The translations under genes were made by a program, and so were the position numbers. Positions 48,553 to 60,436 of a DNA stretch of 64,000 nt are shown here, piece after piece. Below the pieces are notes generated by a model that did no database searches, was not told the DNA's origin, and saw only the letters and a list, made by a program, of their open reading frames with translations. This stretch comes from an uncultured Planctomycetota bacterium (GTDB lineage Bacteria > Planctomycetota > Planctomycetia > Isosphaerales > Isosphaeraceae). Numbering within the stretch: the stretch's first letter is position 1; each line of letters opens with the position of its first letter. Where the stretch lies: contig CAWGMQ010000008.1 in NCBI GenBank assembly GCA_963823665.1, positions 160,001 through 224,000 on the forward strand, read 5' to 3'.

Positions 48553-48738
48553 GTACCCAGACACCCATCCTTTTGTCATAAAAACCCAGATTCCAGACGA
48601 ACCGTCAACTACGCTGCCGACATCGTGATCTGCTGCTGCGCCGGCACCGATCAGGCGATGGCGACGATGCGATCGATGACGTTCATGCTGAAGGAATTCA
48701 CGGTAGCCGGACCGTTACATGTACCAGAAGTTGAGCCT

Positions 48739-49574
48739 TTACCAGCTCAATCTTGCCGGCACGAGCTTCTCGTCCGCGCCTGTCCCGCCGCGATCGGCGG
48801 GCTCATTCGTCTGTTGCAGGCGTCGCCGGCGGTCTCCGATCAGAGCGTTTGGTGGCCGGCGTTCTTGGAGAATCGGCATTGCCGCCGTCATCAAGCCTTC
48901 GCGATCGCTCGAGCACGTCGCTTGGCCGTCGCGTTGAACGGCCCGCACTGCGGGGGAGGGCGGGCGCGGGCGGGATGCGTCTGCCGCTCTTGTCGTCACC
49001 TGCTCTTTCCAAGGGATCGCGCCCGGTCGCTGCACCCGCGCGGCCGCCGCGCCTCCGCGCCGCGCCGGGCCGCCGGGACGTTGCCCTCATCCGCTGCTGC
49101 CGGCTCGTCGCCGCGGCCGCTTGGGGTGTATTCTCGTAGCAGGATGGCCCGCTTACTGGGGTTTTCCTCCGAAAAGTAAGCCAGATACTTCTGCGTGACT
49201 GATCCCAGCTCCGCGTTGTTGCGAGCACTGCGTTTCTTGGCAAGCTCGCGCCTGTCCCGTTCGAGGTCCGTCCGCACCTTCCAGTAACGCACGCCCGCGC
49301 CATAGCGTTCTGTCGATAAACGAGAGCCGCCTTCCTCCTCGGTCAGCCACCGCTCGAATGGGGTCTCGCCCCGCGCCAGCCCCCGCGCCGGTGCGGCTGC
49401 GCCGCCCGTCTCGGGCCTGATCGGATAGACATACTGGTCGTACTGCGAATTGTACGGGCGGAACGGATCCGGCCCGAAGCCTTGGCCATGGGCCGTCCCA
49501 AGCCCTTGGTTCGCGGCGGTGATGCAGAACCCCGCGAACAGAAATCGGATCCACCGGTCGCGAGTCCATCTCAT
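48739..49574 (-). CDS. Hypothetical secreted protein, frameshifted low-complexity C-terminus
   Basis: Signal-like MRWTRDRWIRFLFAGFCITAA...AHGQ; DPFRPYNSQY; end uncertain. Confidence 0.5.
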
Positions 49575-49933
49575 GTCTCGGTCCCCCTCGAATCCGCCCA
49601 GGCTCGGGCGCAATAGCGCTACGATAATAGATTGTATCAATTACATCGTCGTTCGCTACCCAGGAGTTCCAGTCAGCATGCTGCTCGGCCGGAAAAATGA
49701 CGCCGATCCGACCAGTGGTCCGTTCTTTGCCGGATCGCCCGCCGGCTCACTCGCTCCAGCGTCGCGGTGCGCGTCGGAGCCTCGTCGTGCGTTCCTGATA
49801 ACTTTTGGGCCCCCAGGTGGAACCGCGCAATGGATCGGTTATGATTGTTTGCAGTCCAACGATCGAGTTTCGCTTCTTTCCGCGCCGGCTGTCACGACCG
49901 TGCGGTCGGTCAAGCCGGAAGGGGTTCGCGACC

Positions 49934-51331
49934 ATGGGTGCTGCGCTCGTGCTTTGCGTCGTCCTGGGTCAATTACCGCAGGCCGAGGCCGATTCGACGT
50001 CGGCCGCACTGGTGCGGCAGCTCGGTGCTCCGCGTTTCGCCGATCGCCAGGCGGCAGCACTCGAGCTCGAGCGAATCGGCAGCCGCGCCTTGTCCGCCCT
50101 GCGCACTGCGCGGCTGTCACGCGACATGGAAATCAAAACCCGGGCCCAGACCTTGCTTGTGAAGATCGAGACGGCCCTGCTCACCCAGCCGACCTCCGTC
50201 CGACTCGATTTCGACGGCGCCACACTCTCGGACGTGGCGACGTCGCTCAACAGTCAGACCGGCTTCAAGATCACGCTCTATCCGCAAAACCTTCCCAGGT
50301 GGAAAAATCAGCGCGTCACCATCCGTCACGCCGAGAGTCAGACTTTCTGGAAGGCTCTCGACGAGCTCTGCGATGTTGCATCGCTCCAGTACAACCCGGG
50401 AATGCAAGGTTTTGCCGGTCACCAGGACCAGGTTTTCGCGCTCACCGAAGGAGTGATTCGAACGCTCACGCCGATTTCGGACCACGGTCCGTTCCGCGTA
50501 CGGCTGCTTGGGATCGATTATCAGCGACGGCTGACCTACCTGGCCGGTGGCAATGATCTGGGAGTTGTGCCGGCTCCTCCCCGTCCGGCGGTCCGGGCCG
50601 GCCAGGGCGCGCGCCGGGGTGCTCAGGCGCGGCTCAACCCGGTCACGGCGGTGCAGTTCGGCGCCCAGCTCGTGGTTGCCGCCGAGCCCCGGCTGGCGCT
50701 GGCCCCGCGCGGAGAGCCTCGACTCCAGGAAGCCGTCGATGACCACGGCAATTCCCTGATCCCTGCGGGCCGCCAATCGCATTCGCTCAATTTCCGCAGC
50801 TATTTCGGGGCGCCACTCGGGCCAGTCATGGAAACCCAGGTGCCGTTGCAACGGCCCACCGATCCCGGCGACACGATCAAGACGCTTCGCGGAACCATTC
50901 CGGTCAGCGTCTCCTCTCGTCGCCCCGGTCCCCTGATCGTTCCGCTCGAGAACAGCGTGGGCAAGACGTTCGAGAATTCCGACACCGAATTGACCATTCA
51001 CAGCGTCCGGGCACTGCCTGACTCGCGGCAAACGCTGGTGGAGCTTTCGATCAAAGCCAATGGCCCGGATTCACCATCGAGCGCCGAAGCCGAGACTTAC
51101 AGCTCATTATTCCCTCGCAGCGGCCAGGAGCAGCTTCAAATCGACGTGCTCGACTCGAGTGACCGCGTCATGCCGTGGTTTCAATCGATCGCCGACGCCG
51201 AGAACTCACGGGTCACTCTGACGGTCACCAGTTCGCTCCGATCTGCGGCGCCCAAGGAGCTGCGCTACTATTCCGTGGCCCGCACCGACATCGAAATCCC
51301 GTTCGAGTTTTCCGGCATTCCCATGCCGTGA
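49934..51331 (+). CDS. Hypothetical secreted protein
   Basis: Long ORF with host-like codon usage; LVRQLGAPRFADRQAA HEAT-like helix; ends IPFEFSGIPMP. Confidence 0.7.
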   Translation: MGAALVLCVVLGQLPQAEADSTSAALVRQLGAPRFADRQAAALELERIGSRALSALRTARLSRDMEIKTRAQTLLVKIETALLTQPTSVRLDFDGATLSDVATSLNSQTGFKITLYPQNLPRWKNQRVTIRHAESQTFWKALDELCDVASLQYNPGMQGFAGHQDQVFALTEGVIRTLTPISDHGPFRVRLLGIDYQRRLTYLAGGNDLGVVPAPPRPAVRAGQGARRGAQARLNPVTAVQFGAQLVVAAEPRLALAPRGEPRLQEAVDDHGNSLIPAGRQSHSLNFRSYFGAPLGPVMETQVPLQRPTDPGDTIKTLRGTIPVSVSSRRPGPLIVPLENSVGKTFENSDTELTIHSVRALPDSRQTLVELSIKANGPDSPSSAEAETYSSLFPRSGQEQLQIDVLDSSDRVMPWFQSIADAENSRVTLTVTSSLRSAAPKELRYYSVARTDIEIPFEFSGIPMP

Positions 51332-51344
51332 GACGCCCTGGCGG

Positions 51345-52580
51345 TCACTCAATGAGCGCCAGGTTGTCGCGGTGGACGACCTCGTCGTAGGCCGCCACGC
51401 CGAGCGCATCGCGGGCCTCGTGGGTGCGAAGGCCCTGGATGCGCTGGGCATCGGAAGTCGCGTAGTTCGTGAGCCCGCGTGCGAATTCGCAGCCTGAGCG
51501 GTCGCGAATGCCGATGACGTCACCCTTTTCGAAATCACCCACGACTTCGACAATGCCGATCGCCAGCAGGCTCCTCGAGCTTGACTCAAGCGCCTACGCG
51601 CGCCATCGTCGACAACGTAGTAACCTCTCGGCCGCGCCGTCAGCCCGATCCAGCGCTTGCGGGCTTTATGCCGCGCGCCATGAGCCATGAACAGTGTCCC
51701 CACAGGCTCTCCGGAAAGTATCCGCGTGAGCGGCTCTCTCTGCGTCCCCGACGCGATGATGACCGAGCCGCCGGCCTGGGTCACCCGCCGGGCCGCTATC
51801 AGCTTGCTTTGCATTCCGCCTGTGCCCAGGGTGCTGCGTTCACTGGCGGCAAGCGAGAGCACCTGTTCGTCGATTTGAGACACGAGCGGCACGAGCTCAC
51901 CGGGGCCCTGACCATCTCCCATCGCACGGTAGAGCCCATCCACGACGCTCAAGATCACGAGCAACGGCGCCTGGAGCAGGTTGGTGACCATCGCCGCCAA
52001 CTGGTCATTATCGCCGAGCTTCATTTCATCGACGCTGATGGTATCGTTCTCGTTGATGATCGGCACTGCGTCGCATTCGAACAGGGCATGAAGGGTGTTT
52101 CTCACGTTCAGGTAGCGTGGGCGGCTGTCGAAATCTTCGTGCGTCAAAAGTATTTGCGCCGCGTGGCGACGATGCCGGCGCAGCCCTTCGTCGTAAGCAC
52201 GAATCAAAAACGCCTGGCCGACCGCGGCGGCCGCCTGAAGCTGGCGCAGGTTTTCGGGCCGGCGCTTCCAGCCGAGCTGGCCCATTCCCGCCCCGACCGC
52301 GCCCGAGCTGCACCAGCGCCACCTTCCGGCCCTGGTCCATCACGAGGCTGATCTGCTCGGCGAGATGCCCTACTCGGTCCGGGTCAAGCGTGCCGTCAGC
52401 GCCCGTGAGCACGCTCGTGCCGACTTTCACAACCCAGGTTTGAGCCGAGAGCACGACTTCGTCTCTGACCAGGTCACGAACGGGCAAGGGCCCTGCACCA
52501 CGCGCGCCCGCTGCTGCGGAATCCGCTGTTTCGCGGGCGGTGGACGTCCCGTCAGGTCGATCGTCTTGGTCGGGATTCAC
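51345..52580 (-). CDS. proB: Glutamate 5-kinase with PUA domain (two indels)
   Basis: VVKVGTSVLT, PIINENDT, GDNDQLAA, GTGGMQSKL, EVVHRDNL. Confidence 0.92.
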
Positions 52581-52804
52581 GGGCTACATTCCGAAACCGA
52601 AGGAGCGTAACGCTTTATGGTGGTAGATTGGGCTGGATCGAGCCGTGCATCGCTCTGGGCGGCGATCGTGAAGGTTGTCGGTAGATACCGCCGACATTAT
52701 AATGCTTCGTCGCCGGGGGCAAAGGCTGTCTAGGGTGGGTTCGACCGGCGCTGGAATTGAATTTTCGGACTCGAGCTGCAACTTTAACGGGGTGGAACGA
52801 GCCG

Positions 52805-54406
52805 ATGGGTGAGCTTCACCACGAATGCGGCGTCGCTGCCGTCTACCACGCCGCGGGCTCCACGGTATCCTCGCTGGCACCGATCGCGGGCGATGTAAAC
52901 AGTGTGGCCAGGCTCGTGCCGCGAATGCTTCTGGACATGCAGAACCGCGGCCAGCTCGCCGCCGGCATGAGCAGTTTTCGACCGGACCGCAGTGCGCTCA
53001 TCAAGACCCACAAGGAGGTGGGCACGGTTGCGGAAGCGTTTCGCCTGAATCATCGCCGGGAGTTCGAGGCCATCATGGAGGGGGTCGACGGTCCGCTCGC
53101 GATCGGTCACGTGCGATACGCAACCTGCGGTGGCAACGATCGTTCCGATGCGCAGCCGTTCGAGCGAGACCATGGCCGCAAGACGAAGTGGTTTGCCTTC
53201 GCGTTCAACGGCCAGCTTGCCAACTACGAGGCGCTCAAGAAGTCGCTGCTGGCCAAGGGCGACTACCACCTCAAGCGAAATACCGACACCGAAATCATCA
53301 TGCACTCGCTCGCGTACGAGTTGCAGACCGAGGACCAGGATCCGGACTGGGCCGGCGTGTTCGGACGGATCTCGGAACGCTTCGACGGTGCCTACAACAT
53401 CGTGTTGATCACCGCTTACGGCGAGCTGGTGGTCGTGCGCGACCCCCTCGGCATTCGACCGCTTTGCGTGGCCGAGCATGGACCGCTTTTCGGCGCCGCG
53501 AGCGAGAGCGTGCCGCTCGCCAACCTGGGTTTCCGCAACATCCGCTCGCTCGAGCCCGGCACGCTCGCCGTCGCCGGGCCGGGTGGCGTGCGCATCGAAC
53601 GCTTCGCTCCATCGCCGAGCCAGGCCCACTGCTTCTTCGAATGGATCTATTTCGCGAATGTCGCCAGCACCCTCGACGATCGCTCGGTTTATCTGAGTCG
53701 GTCGGCATTAGGAAAGGAGCTGGCGCAGCTCGAAGATATTCCGCTGGACGGCGACACCATCGTCGTTCCCGTGCCCGATACGGCCAAGGCCGCGGCCGAC
53801 GCCATGGCCTTTGCGCTGGGCGTTCCCTCCGTCGAAGGTTTGATGAGGAACCGCTACGTAGGCCGCACGTTCATCGAAGGGACGGCCGATCGCGCCTCCA
53901 AAGCCAAGCTCAAGTACACGCCGCTGCCGGAAGTGCTCGCCGGCAAGCGAGTTCTCCTGGTCGAAGACAGCATCGTGCGCTCCACCACGATGCGCGCGCT
54001 CGTGCACGAGATTCGCGATCGCGGCCAGGCCCGGGAGATTCATCTCCGCGTTGCCTGCCCGCCGATCATCGCGCCGTGCTATTACGGGATCGACATGTCT
54101 CGCAAGGCCGAGCTCTTCGCGACTCCGTTTATCGATCACCCAGGCGAATGCGTGTCGGCCGCGGCGCAAGCGCGAATGGCCAGGGAGCTAGGCGCCGATA
54201 GCCTGCGCTATCTGCCCGTGGAAGCCATCGCTCGCTCTGTCGACCTTGAGGGCGACCGCCTCTGCCGCGCCTGCATCACCGGTCGTTACCCCACCGAAAC
54301 CGGTCAGGTCCTTTACCAGCTCGAGAACGGCAACCCGCCGGAAGGCAATGGCGCGAACGGTAATCGGGCGTATGAGCCCGTCCAGAAAGCGATCCTCCCA
54401 CAATAG
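52805..54406 (+). CDS. purF: Amidophosphoribosyltransferase
   Basis: [38 protein letters not shown]. Confidence 0.95.
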   Translation: MGELHHECGVAAVYHAAGSTVSSLAPIAGDVNSVARLVPRMLLDMQNRGQLAAGMSSFRPDRSALIKTHKEVGTVAEAFRLNHRREFEAIMEGVDGPLAIGHVRYATCGGNDRSDAQPFERDHGRKTKWFAFAFNGQLANYEALKKSLLAKGDYHLKRNTDTEIIMHSLAYELQTEDQDPDWAGVFGRISERFDGAYNIVLITAYGELVVVRDPLGIRPLCVAEHGPLFGAASESVPLANLGFRNIRSLEPGTLAVAGPGGVRIERFAPSPSQAHCFFEWIYFANVASTLDDRSVYLSRSALGKELAQLEDIPLDGDTIVVPVPDTAKAAADAMAFALGVPSVEGLMRNRYVGRTFIEGTADRASKAKLKYTPLPEVLAGKRVLLVEDSIVRSTTMRALVHEIRDRGQAREIHLRVACPPIIAPCYYGIDMSRKAELFATPFIDHPGECVSAAAQARMARELGADSLRYLPVEAIARSVDLEGDRLCRACITGRYPTETGQVLYQLENGNPPEGNGANGNRAYEPVQKAILPQ

Positions 54407-54439
54407 CGACGGCCAGGCGATGGCCGGTCCCGGACTGGC

Positions 54440-55075
54440 CTATCGCATTACAAACCGTGCCTGGTAGATCGGCCGGCCTTCGAGCCGGTACTTCCGCTCG
54501 AAGTGCGTGAGGTAATCGAGCGTGTGCGCAGGCTCCGCCGGGGCCGGCGGCTCCTGTTCATGAAACCGCCCGCTCGCCGCGATCAAACCGCGGATCACGC
54601 CGAAATACTCCTCGACGTCACTCGCAACGGAAAGCAGCCCGCCGGGTTGCAGCGTGCGCTCAATTGCCCGAACCAGCTCGGCAGTGAAGACCCTTCGCTT
54701 CTTGTGGCGGGTCTTCCACCACGGGTCCGGAAAATACACATGCACGCCGAGGAGGCTTTGATCGGGAACGAGCCGCGCCATGATCAGTCGAGCGTCGCCG
54801 CACCAGACCTTGGCGTTTGGCAGTTCGTTGCGGGCGAGCCGCGCGGCGGTGTGAATGGCATACTTTCGCGAGAGCTCGATCCCAAGGTAGTTCACAGCAG
54901 GAAGAGATTTCGCCGCACTGACCAGGAAGAGACCCTTGCCTGAGCCGATTTCGAGCTCAACGGGATTCGCGTTGCCGAACAGGCCTGCACAATCGACAGG
55001 CGCTGCGAGCTCTGAGAGCCGCCCCGGGTCGATCAGATGGTTTGAAATGTCGATCGTGATTCGAGAACGTGGCAT
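54440..55075 (-). CDS. trmB: tRNA (guanine-N7)-methyltransferase
   Basis: [30 protein letters not shown]. Confidence 0.93.
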   Translation of the reverse strand: MPRSRITIDISNHLIDPGRLSELAAPVDCAGLFGNANPVELEIGSGKGLFLVSAAKSLPAVNYLGIELSRKYAIHTAARLARNELPNAKVWCGDARLIMARLVPDQSLLGVHVYFPDPWWKTRHKKRRVFTAELVRAIERTLQPGGLLSVASDVEEYFGVIRGLIAASGRFHEQEPPAPAEPAHTLDYLTHFERKYRLEGRPIYQARFVMR

Positions 55076-55125
55076 GGGACCAGGCCGGAAAAATCGTCAC
55101 AATCAGGAGGCCGCCGGGGGCCGGC

Positions 55126-55632
55126 TCATTCGGCAGCGTCGGACTCGCCCGCGGCGGTAAGATTGACGCCGATGATCTTGGCTTGAAAAACCATGTTGTT
55201 GCCGACGAACCCCTGAGTGTCGAACATCGGTTGACGGCGATGGAGCCGCGTCGCCTTCGAGACCAGCACGAGCCGATCGCCCGGGCGAACCTGACCGCGG
55301 AAACGAACCTCTTCCATGCCCCCGAAACCGACGAATCCCTTCTTCACCAGCTTGATGTGGCCGCACAGGAAGCTGCAAAGCTGCGCCGCCGCCTCGCACA
55401 TCAGCACGCCGGGCAAGAGCGGGTAGTCCGGCATGTGGCCGCGCACCCAGAACTCATCGCGCGCGACGTCCTTGTAGCCGACAACCAGCTTGTTCTCGGT
55501 ATCGATGAAGACGATTGCGGTGAGCTGAACCATCTCGAACCGCTGCGGATTGTGCCGCGCGATTCCCTCACGATCGACCAGAACGTGAGACGTGTCAACG
55601 GATGCGGGGTCGATCAAAGCCACAGGCGGCAT
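55126..55632 (-). CDS. FabA/FabZ family beta-hydroxyacyl-ACP dehydratase
   Basis: [38 protein letters not shown]. Confidence 0.88.
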   Translation of the reverse strand: MPPVALIDPASVDTSHVLVDREGIARHNPQRFEMVQLTAIVFIDTENKLVVGYKDVARDEFWVRGHMPDYPLLPGVLMCEAAAQLCSFLCGHIKLVKKGFVGFGGMEEVRFRGQVRPGDRLVLVSKATRLHRRQPMFDTQGFVGNNMVFQAKIIGVNLTAAGESDAAE

Positions 55633-55799
55633 GCGCGCGGGTCCTTTCTCTATCGCTCGACTGCTATCTTGACCTGCACTACAATGATCGACAAGTTCCT
55701 TTGCCAGGGCAACGGTCGCACCTGGAATTATATCCGACGCGACCGTTTCTTTCCGACCTGTTTGAAAGGCAGCGCGTGTCGCACCGGGCCCTGGGCACG

Positions 55800-56592
55800 A
55801 TGATCATCTACGGCTACGACCGCGTCGGTCTCGACGAGGAGCTCGACCTGGCCGCGAGCCTGGGCGCGGCCCTGCTCGAGATTCTACCGCTCTGGAACGC
55901 TCTGCCCGACCCGGGCGATCTCGCCCGGCGAGCGGCGCGTCGCGGGTTCTCGATCCATAGCGCCCACGGCGCCTGGGGCGGGCAGGCGATTCGTGCCCGT
56001 CGCGTTGACCTGGGCTCGACCGACGCGGTGACGCACGAGGAGTCAATTGACGACCTCAAGAGGTGCGTCGACTGGCTAGCCGCCGCCGGCGGGAAACACC
56101 TGGTCATTCATCCCGGAGGACTGTCTGACCCGGACGAGCAGGACCGCCGCCGCGCGGCCCTGGCGCGCGGACTGCTCCGCCTGGCCGATCACGCATGCGG
56201 GCCGGGTGTGCTCGTGTGCGTCGAGAACATGCCCCCGGGCGTGCATCCCGGCAGCCGGATGACCGATCTGGCCGCGCTCCTCCATGAGCTGGCACATCCG
56301 CAGCTCGCGCTTGCACTCGATACCGGCCATGCGAACCTGGGAGAAGGCCTGGCGCCACGAAACTCGCGCAGCCGGCACGCTGCTGGCCACAACCCACGTC
56401 CACGATAATGACGGCCGCCAAGACACTCACCTCCCGCCCGGCCATGGCACGATCGACTGGGCCGAATGGGGGAACGCTCTCGATTCCATCCGCTACTCCG
56501 GCCCAATTGTCCTGGAATGCATCAAGCGTCTGCGAGAAGACCCTGGAAGTTATCGTCCCGCCGCGCTGGCCGGCGTTTCGAGCCCTGCGTGA
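55800..56592 (+). CDS. Sugar phosphate isomerase/epimerase (AP endonuclease 2 TIM barrel), one indel
   Basis: VIHPG, VENMP, LDTGHA, then THVHDNDG...HLPPGHGTIDW in the next frame. Confidence 0.85.
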
Positions 56593-56678
56593 AAACCCAG
56601 GGTGTTCTTGCGGCAAACCGAGGGTTGGGATATCGTCTCCGGCCCGTTCCAGAGCGATTGAGCCCGGAAGGACCTCCT

Positions 56679-57320
56679 ATGCGCAAATGGCTATTCACCG
56701 CGGTGGCTGCTTTGCTGCTCCCGTCTTTCCCGCAATCGCTCCAGGCCAGCCCCATCACGTTCGCGTTCACCGGAACGCTCCTCGAGCCGGTGAATGGGTC
56801 CAGCTCGTTCAGTGGATTCTTCACGGTCGAGTCGAACCCGAACCCACCGCCCGGAATCACCTCGGTCACACAACAAGGAGCGGATGTCTCAGCCACGCTG
56901 AACATCGGCGGACAAGTGATCAACTACGCCAATACGACGCCGGATTCGCTGTTCGTGCAAGCGATGGTGAATGCTCAACCCGGACTCCCGATCTTGAACG
57001 GACCGAATGTCTCGACGACCGAGTTCGGGCTATTCGGAGGAGACAGCACGGGACCAAACCGGTTTGATATTACGCTTTATAATCCAGGAGTGAACGATTG
57101 GCTCACAAACCTCGCCACCCTGTCTCTGCCTGCAATTCATAGCGATTCCTTTTTCTTCTCCAACGCTTCTGGAGATCCTGACGACGTCGGGTCAATCACG
57201 TCCCTCACGTTGGTTCCCGCTCCCGAGCCCGCCATGATCGTGGTCTATCTCGCGATCCTTGCCGGCCTGGGATTGCGGTTCGGTGCGCGAGCGTGGCGAC
57301 CACGTCCCCAACACGATTAG
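56679..57320 (+). CDS. PEP-CTERM sorting domain protein
   Basis: Signal peptide and ASPITFAFTG start; C-terminal APEPA, hydrophobic helix and basic tail. Confidence 0.8.
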   Translation: MRKWLFTAVAALLLPSFPQSLQASPITFAFTGTLLEPVNGSSSFSGFFTVESNPNPPPGITSVTQQGADVSATLNIGGQVINYANTTPDSLFVQAMVNAQPGLPILNGPNVSTTEFGLFGGDSTGPNRFDITLYNPGVNDWLTNLATLSLPAIHSDSFFFSNASGDPDDVGSITSLTLVPAPEPAMIVVYLAILAGLGLRFGARAWRPRPQHD

Positions 57321-57538
57321 ATCGCCCTCCCGTCGATCCCAGACTCTGAACCGATTGTAAGGATCACGCGGTTCCTACGAGCATTCGCCGCCGCCGCGCG
57401 GCCTCACCGGCCGATGGAAACCTCTTTCCCAGGCCGATAGGAACATGTCGGAGTGCGCAGCGGGGGGCTCGCCCAGGCGATGGATCCCCCGGGCGGGTTG
57501 ATCCCGCGCGTCGTACCGGCCAGGAGGGAGCCCCCAAC

Positions 57539-59408
57539 GTGTCACCCAAGGTAAACCGCCGCGAGCTCCTCGCCGGTGGTGGCGTTCTGAGCGCGGCCGC
57601 GGCGATCACCGCCCTCGCCCCCCAGGCACAATCCGGCGTCGAGCCTCGGCCGCTATACCCGGCGCGACGGCGTCCACGGCAAGATGACCGGAGCGCAAGC
57701 GGCGGCCGCGGCGATCTGGTGCCAGGGAGTTCCTTGCGTCTTCGGCATCCCAGGCGCGCAGAACAACGAACTCTGGGATGCCCTCAAAGCCAAGGGCGTG
57801 CCGTATCTCTTGGTGACACACGAGGCTTCCGCCAGCGTGATGGCCGATGCCGCTGCGCGGGCCACCGGAACGGTCGGAGTCTTCACCGTCGTGCCGGGCC
57901 CCGGTTTGACCAACGCCCTGACCGGCATCGGTGAGGCCCTCTACGACGGCATCCCGATCGTCGCCCTGGTCAGCGACATCGATCGTTCGCCCCACGCCAA
58001 GATCGGCCAGGTTCATGGGCTGGCGAACGCCGCGATCCTCCGCCCGGTCGTCAAAGGGCTCTTCGAAGTCCGCCATCAGGCGGAGATCCCGCAAGCGATT
58101 TTCCAGGCCTTCCAGATCGCCATCTCCGGTGAGCCGGGGCCGGTCGGCGTGGTCATCCCGTATCCCCTTTTCACAGAGGTCTGGAACTACAGCTTGCCTG
58201 TGCCGCCCCCATGCCCGCCTCCGTTCGATGAGCAAGCCTACCGCCGCGCACTGTCGCACTTGAGCGATCGCCGCCGCCGTGTGGGCATCTACGCAGGGTT
58301 GGGCTGCGTCGACGCCGGGCCGTCCCTGGCGGCCGTCGCCGAGCTGTTGCAGGCGCCCGTGGCCACGTCGGTCAGCGGTAAAGGAACTTTGCCGGATCAT
58401 CACCCTCTGGCCGTCGGCTGGGGCTACGGCAAGCAAGGCACCCGCGCGGCCGAGGCCGCGTTCAAGGAGGTCGACCTGGTTCTGGCCATCGGCGTTCGCT
58501 TCAGCGAGGTTTCGACGGCCAACTATGCCATCCCCCAGCACGACCTGTTGATCCACGTTGACGTGAACCAGCAGAATCTCGGCCGGAATGTCCCTGCCCA
58601 CGTCGCCGTCTGGTCCGACTCGCGAGTGTTCCTCGACCGGCTCCTCGCCGACGGCGAGGCAATCCGCCGCCCTCCATGCCCGCAACTCTGGCAGCACATT
58701 CAAGACCTGCGCCGGGTTGACCGCTGCGAGGCGGCCACGGTGCGAATCGCCCAGGCCGTCGACCCGATGTTCTTCCTGAGCCAGTTGCGTGCGGCACTCG
58801 GCCCGGACGAATTGATCTTCGTGGACGTGACAGCCGCCACCCACTGGGCATCGGAAACCGTTGAAGTGCCGGGCCCGCGCCGCTACTTCACGCCGGCCGA
58901 CAACCAGAGCATGGGCTGGGCCGTCCCCGCGGCCATCGGTGCCCAGCGCGTGCGGCCCGATCGCCAGGTCGTCTGCGTGACGGGCGACGGCTGCTTTCTG
59001 ATGTCGGCCATCGAAACCTCCACCGCCGCCCGCGCCGGGCTGCCCGTCAAGTTCTTCGTGCTCGACGACGGTGCCTATCACTACATGCAGATGCTCCAGG
59101 AACCGGTCTACCGGCGCACCACCGCGACCGAGATCGCCCGCATCGACTTCGCCGCGTTCGCCGCGGCCATGGGTCTGGCGTTCAATCAAATCACGGACAA
59201 TGCCGATGCGCTGGGCGGAGTTCAACGAGCACTCGCGACCCCCGGCCCCGTGCTCACCCGCGTCGTCGTGAGCTACGAAGGACGCGAGTTGAGGTGGCTC
59301 AATGCCCTTCGCGCACAATACGTTCGTAAACTCCCAAACTCTCAGAAAGTACGCCTCGCCGCACGCATCGGCGTGCGAGCGCTCGACCGGCAATCAGACA
59401 GTGATTGA
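57539..59408 (+). CDS. Thiamine-pyrophosphate enzyme (acetolactate synthase-like) with probable Tat leader joined across an indel
   Basis: VFGIPG, HEASA, PGPGLTN, SMGWAVPAAIG, GDGCFLM; upstream frame MSPKVNRRELLAGGGVLSAAAA. Confidence 0.85.
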
Positions 59409-59550
59409 TGCATAGGAAATGTGGTCAAACTCGGCAAAGTAGGTTGATTGCGATCTTGGGGTGTTGATCTTCCGCGATGTGCGGGTTGGCCGTAAGATGC
59501 CGGCCCGAAGTGGATGGATCCGCTCGGCCGGTCGGCGAAACGCGGCACGG

Positions 59551-60429
59551 ATGGGAATCCTGCAAGGCATGGAAGTCAGATCGACTGCGAAATTCCCGCA
59601 TACCGAGTTCTTTCCGCCACCGCCGGCGCCGCGCGGGCCGGTCCGCTGGATCGCGTCCTTGCGCGAGGATCACCAGGACCTCGTCCGGTTCTGGCCGGTC
59701 GTGCAGAACATGGTCGTGCAGGAGCTGCGGGTCCGCTATCAGCGCTCGTTTCTGGGCTTCGTGTGGACGCTGCTCAACCCGATCTTGATGATGGCGATCC
59801 TGTCCTGGGTGTTCGGTCACATCATGCATCAGGTTCCAAACTACTCGCTCTTCCTGTTCGCGGGCATGGTTCCCTGGAGTTTCTTGAGCATCAGCTTGAA
59901 TGACTGTGCGTTCTCGATCATCAACAACGAAGGGCTGATCCGGAAGATCTATCTGCCCAAGCTCGTCTTTCCTCTGGTCCGCGTGCTGATTGCGCTGGTG
60001 ACGTTCGTTCTCTCGCTCGCTGCGTTGTTCGTGCTCTTGGTTCCTCTGGGCGCCAGGCCGTCGTTTGCGCTGTTATTTCTGCCCGTGGCAATTGCGCTCC
60101 TGGGGATGTTTGCTCTCGGGCTGGGCTTGATCGTGGCGACGCTCAACACGTTTTATCGCGACTGCGGCCATTTGATCGCCGTCGTGCTCCAAGCCTGGTA
60201 TTTCGCGACGCCGATTCTCTTTCCGATTGACCAGTTCAAGGATGCGCAGTGGCGGCTTCGGCTCAACCCGGCGTTTTACTTTATCGAGATCTTTCACGAC
60301 ATCCTCTATGCGGGGCAGTTGCCCCGGATGTCTCTGGTCGCGACCGCCGCGCTCGTCGCGGCGTTGAGCGTGGGAATCGGATATGCCGTCTTCAAGTCTC
60401 AAGAACACAAGATGGTCTTTCGACTCTGA
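59551..60429 (+). CDS. ABC-2 polysaccharide export permease (Wzm-like)
   Basis: ELRVRYQRSFLGFVWTLLNP, YRDCGH, ATPILFP, LNP. Confidence 0.9.
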   Translation: MGILQGMEVRSTAKFPHTEFFPPPPAPRGPVRWIASLREDHQDLVRFWPVVQNMVVQELRVRYQRSFLGFVWTLLNPILMMAILSWVFGHIMHQVPNYSLFLFAGMVPWSFLSISLNDCAFSIINNEGLIRKIYLPKLVFPLVRVLIALVTFVLSLAALFVLLVPLGARPSFALLFLPVAIALLGMFALGLGLIVATLNTFYRDCGHLIAVVLQAWYFATPILFPIDQFKDAQWRLRLNPAFYFIEIFHDILYAGQLPRMSLVATAALVAALSVGIGYAVFKSQEHKMVFRL

Positions 60430-60436
60430 CCGGCGG

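Larger units (their letters stand above)
25300..48560. mobile_element. Composite accessory/defence island, borders approximate, no integrase recognised
   Basis: Visibly lower GC than the flanks, several tRNA/tmRNA-derived att-like scars, restriction genes, iteron origin and truncated RepA. Confidence 0.75.
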
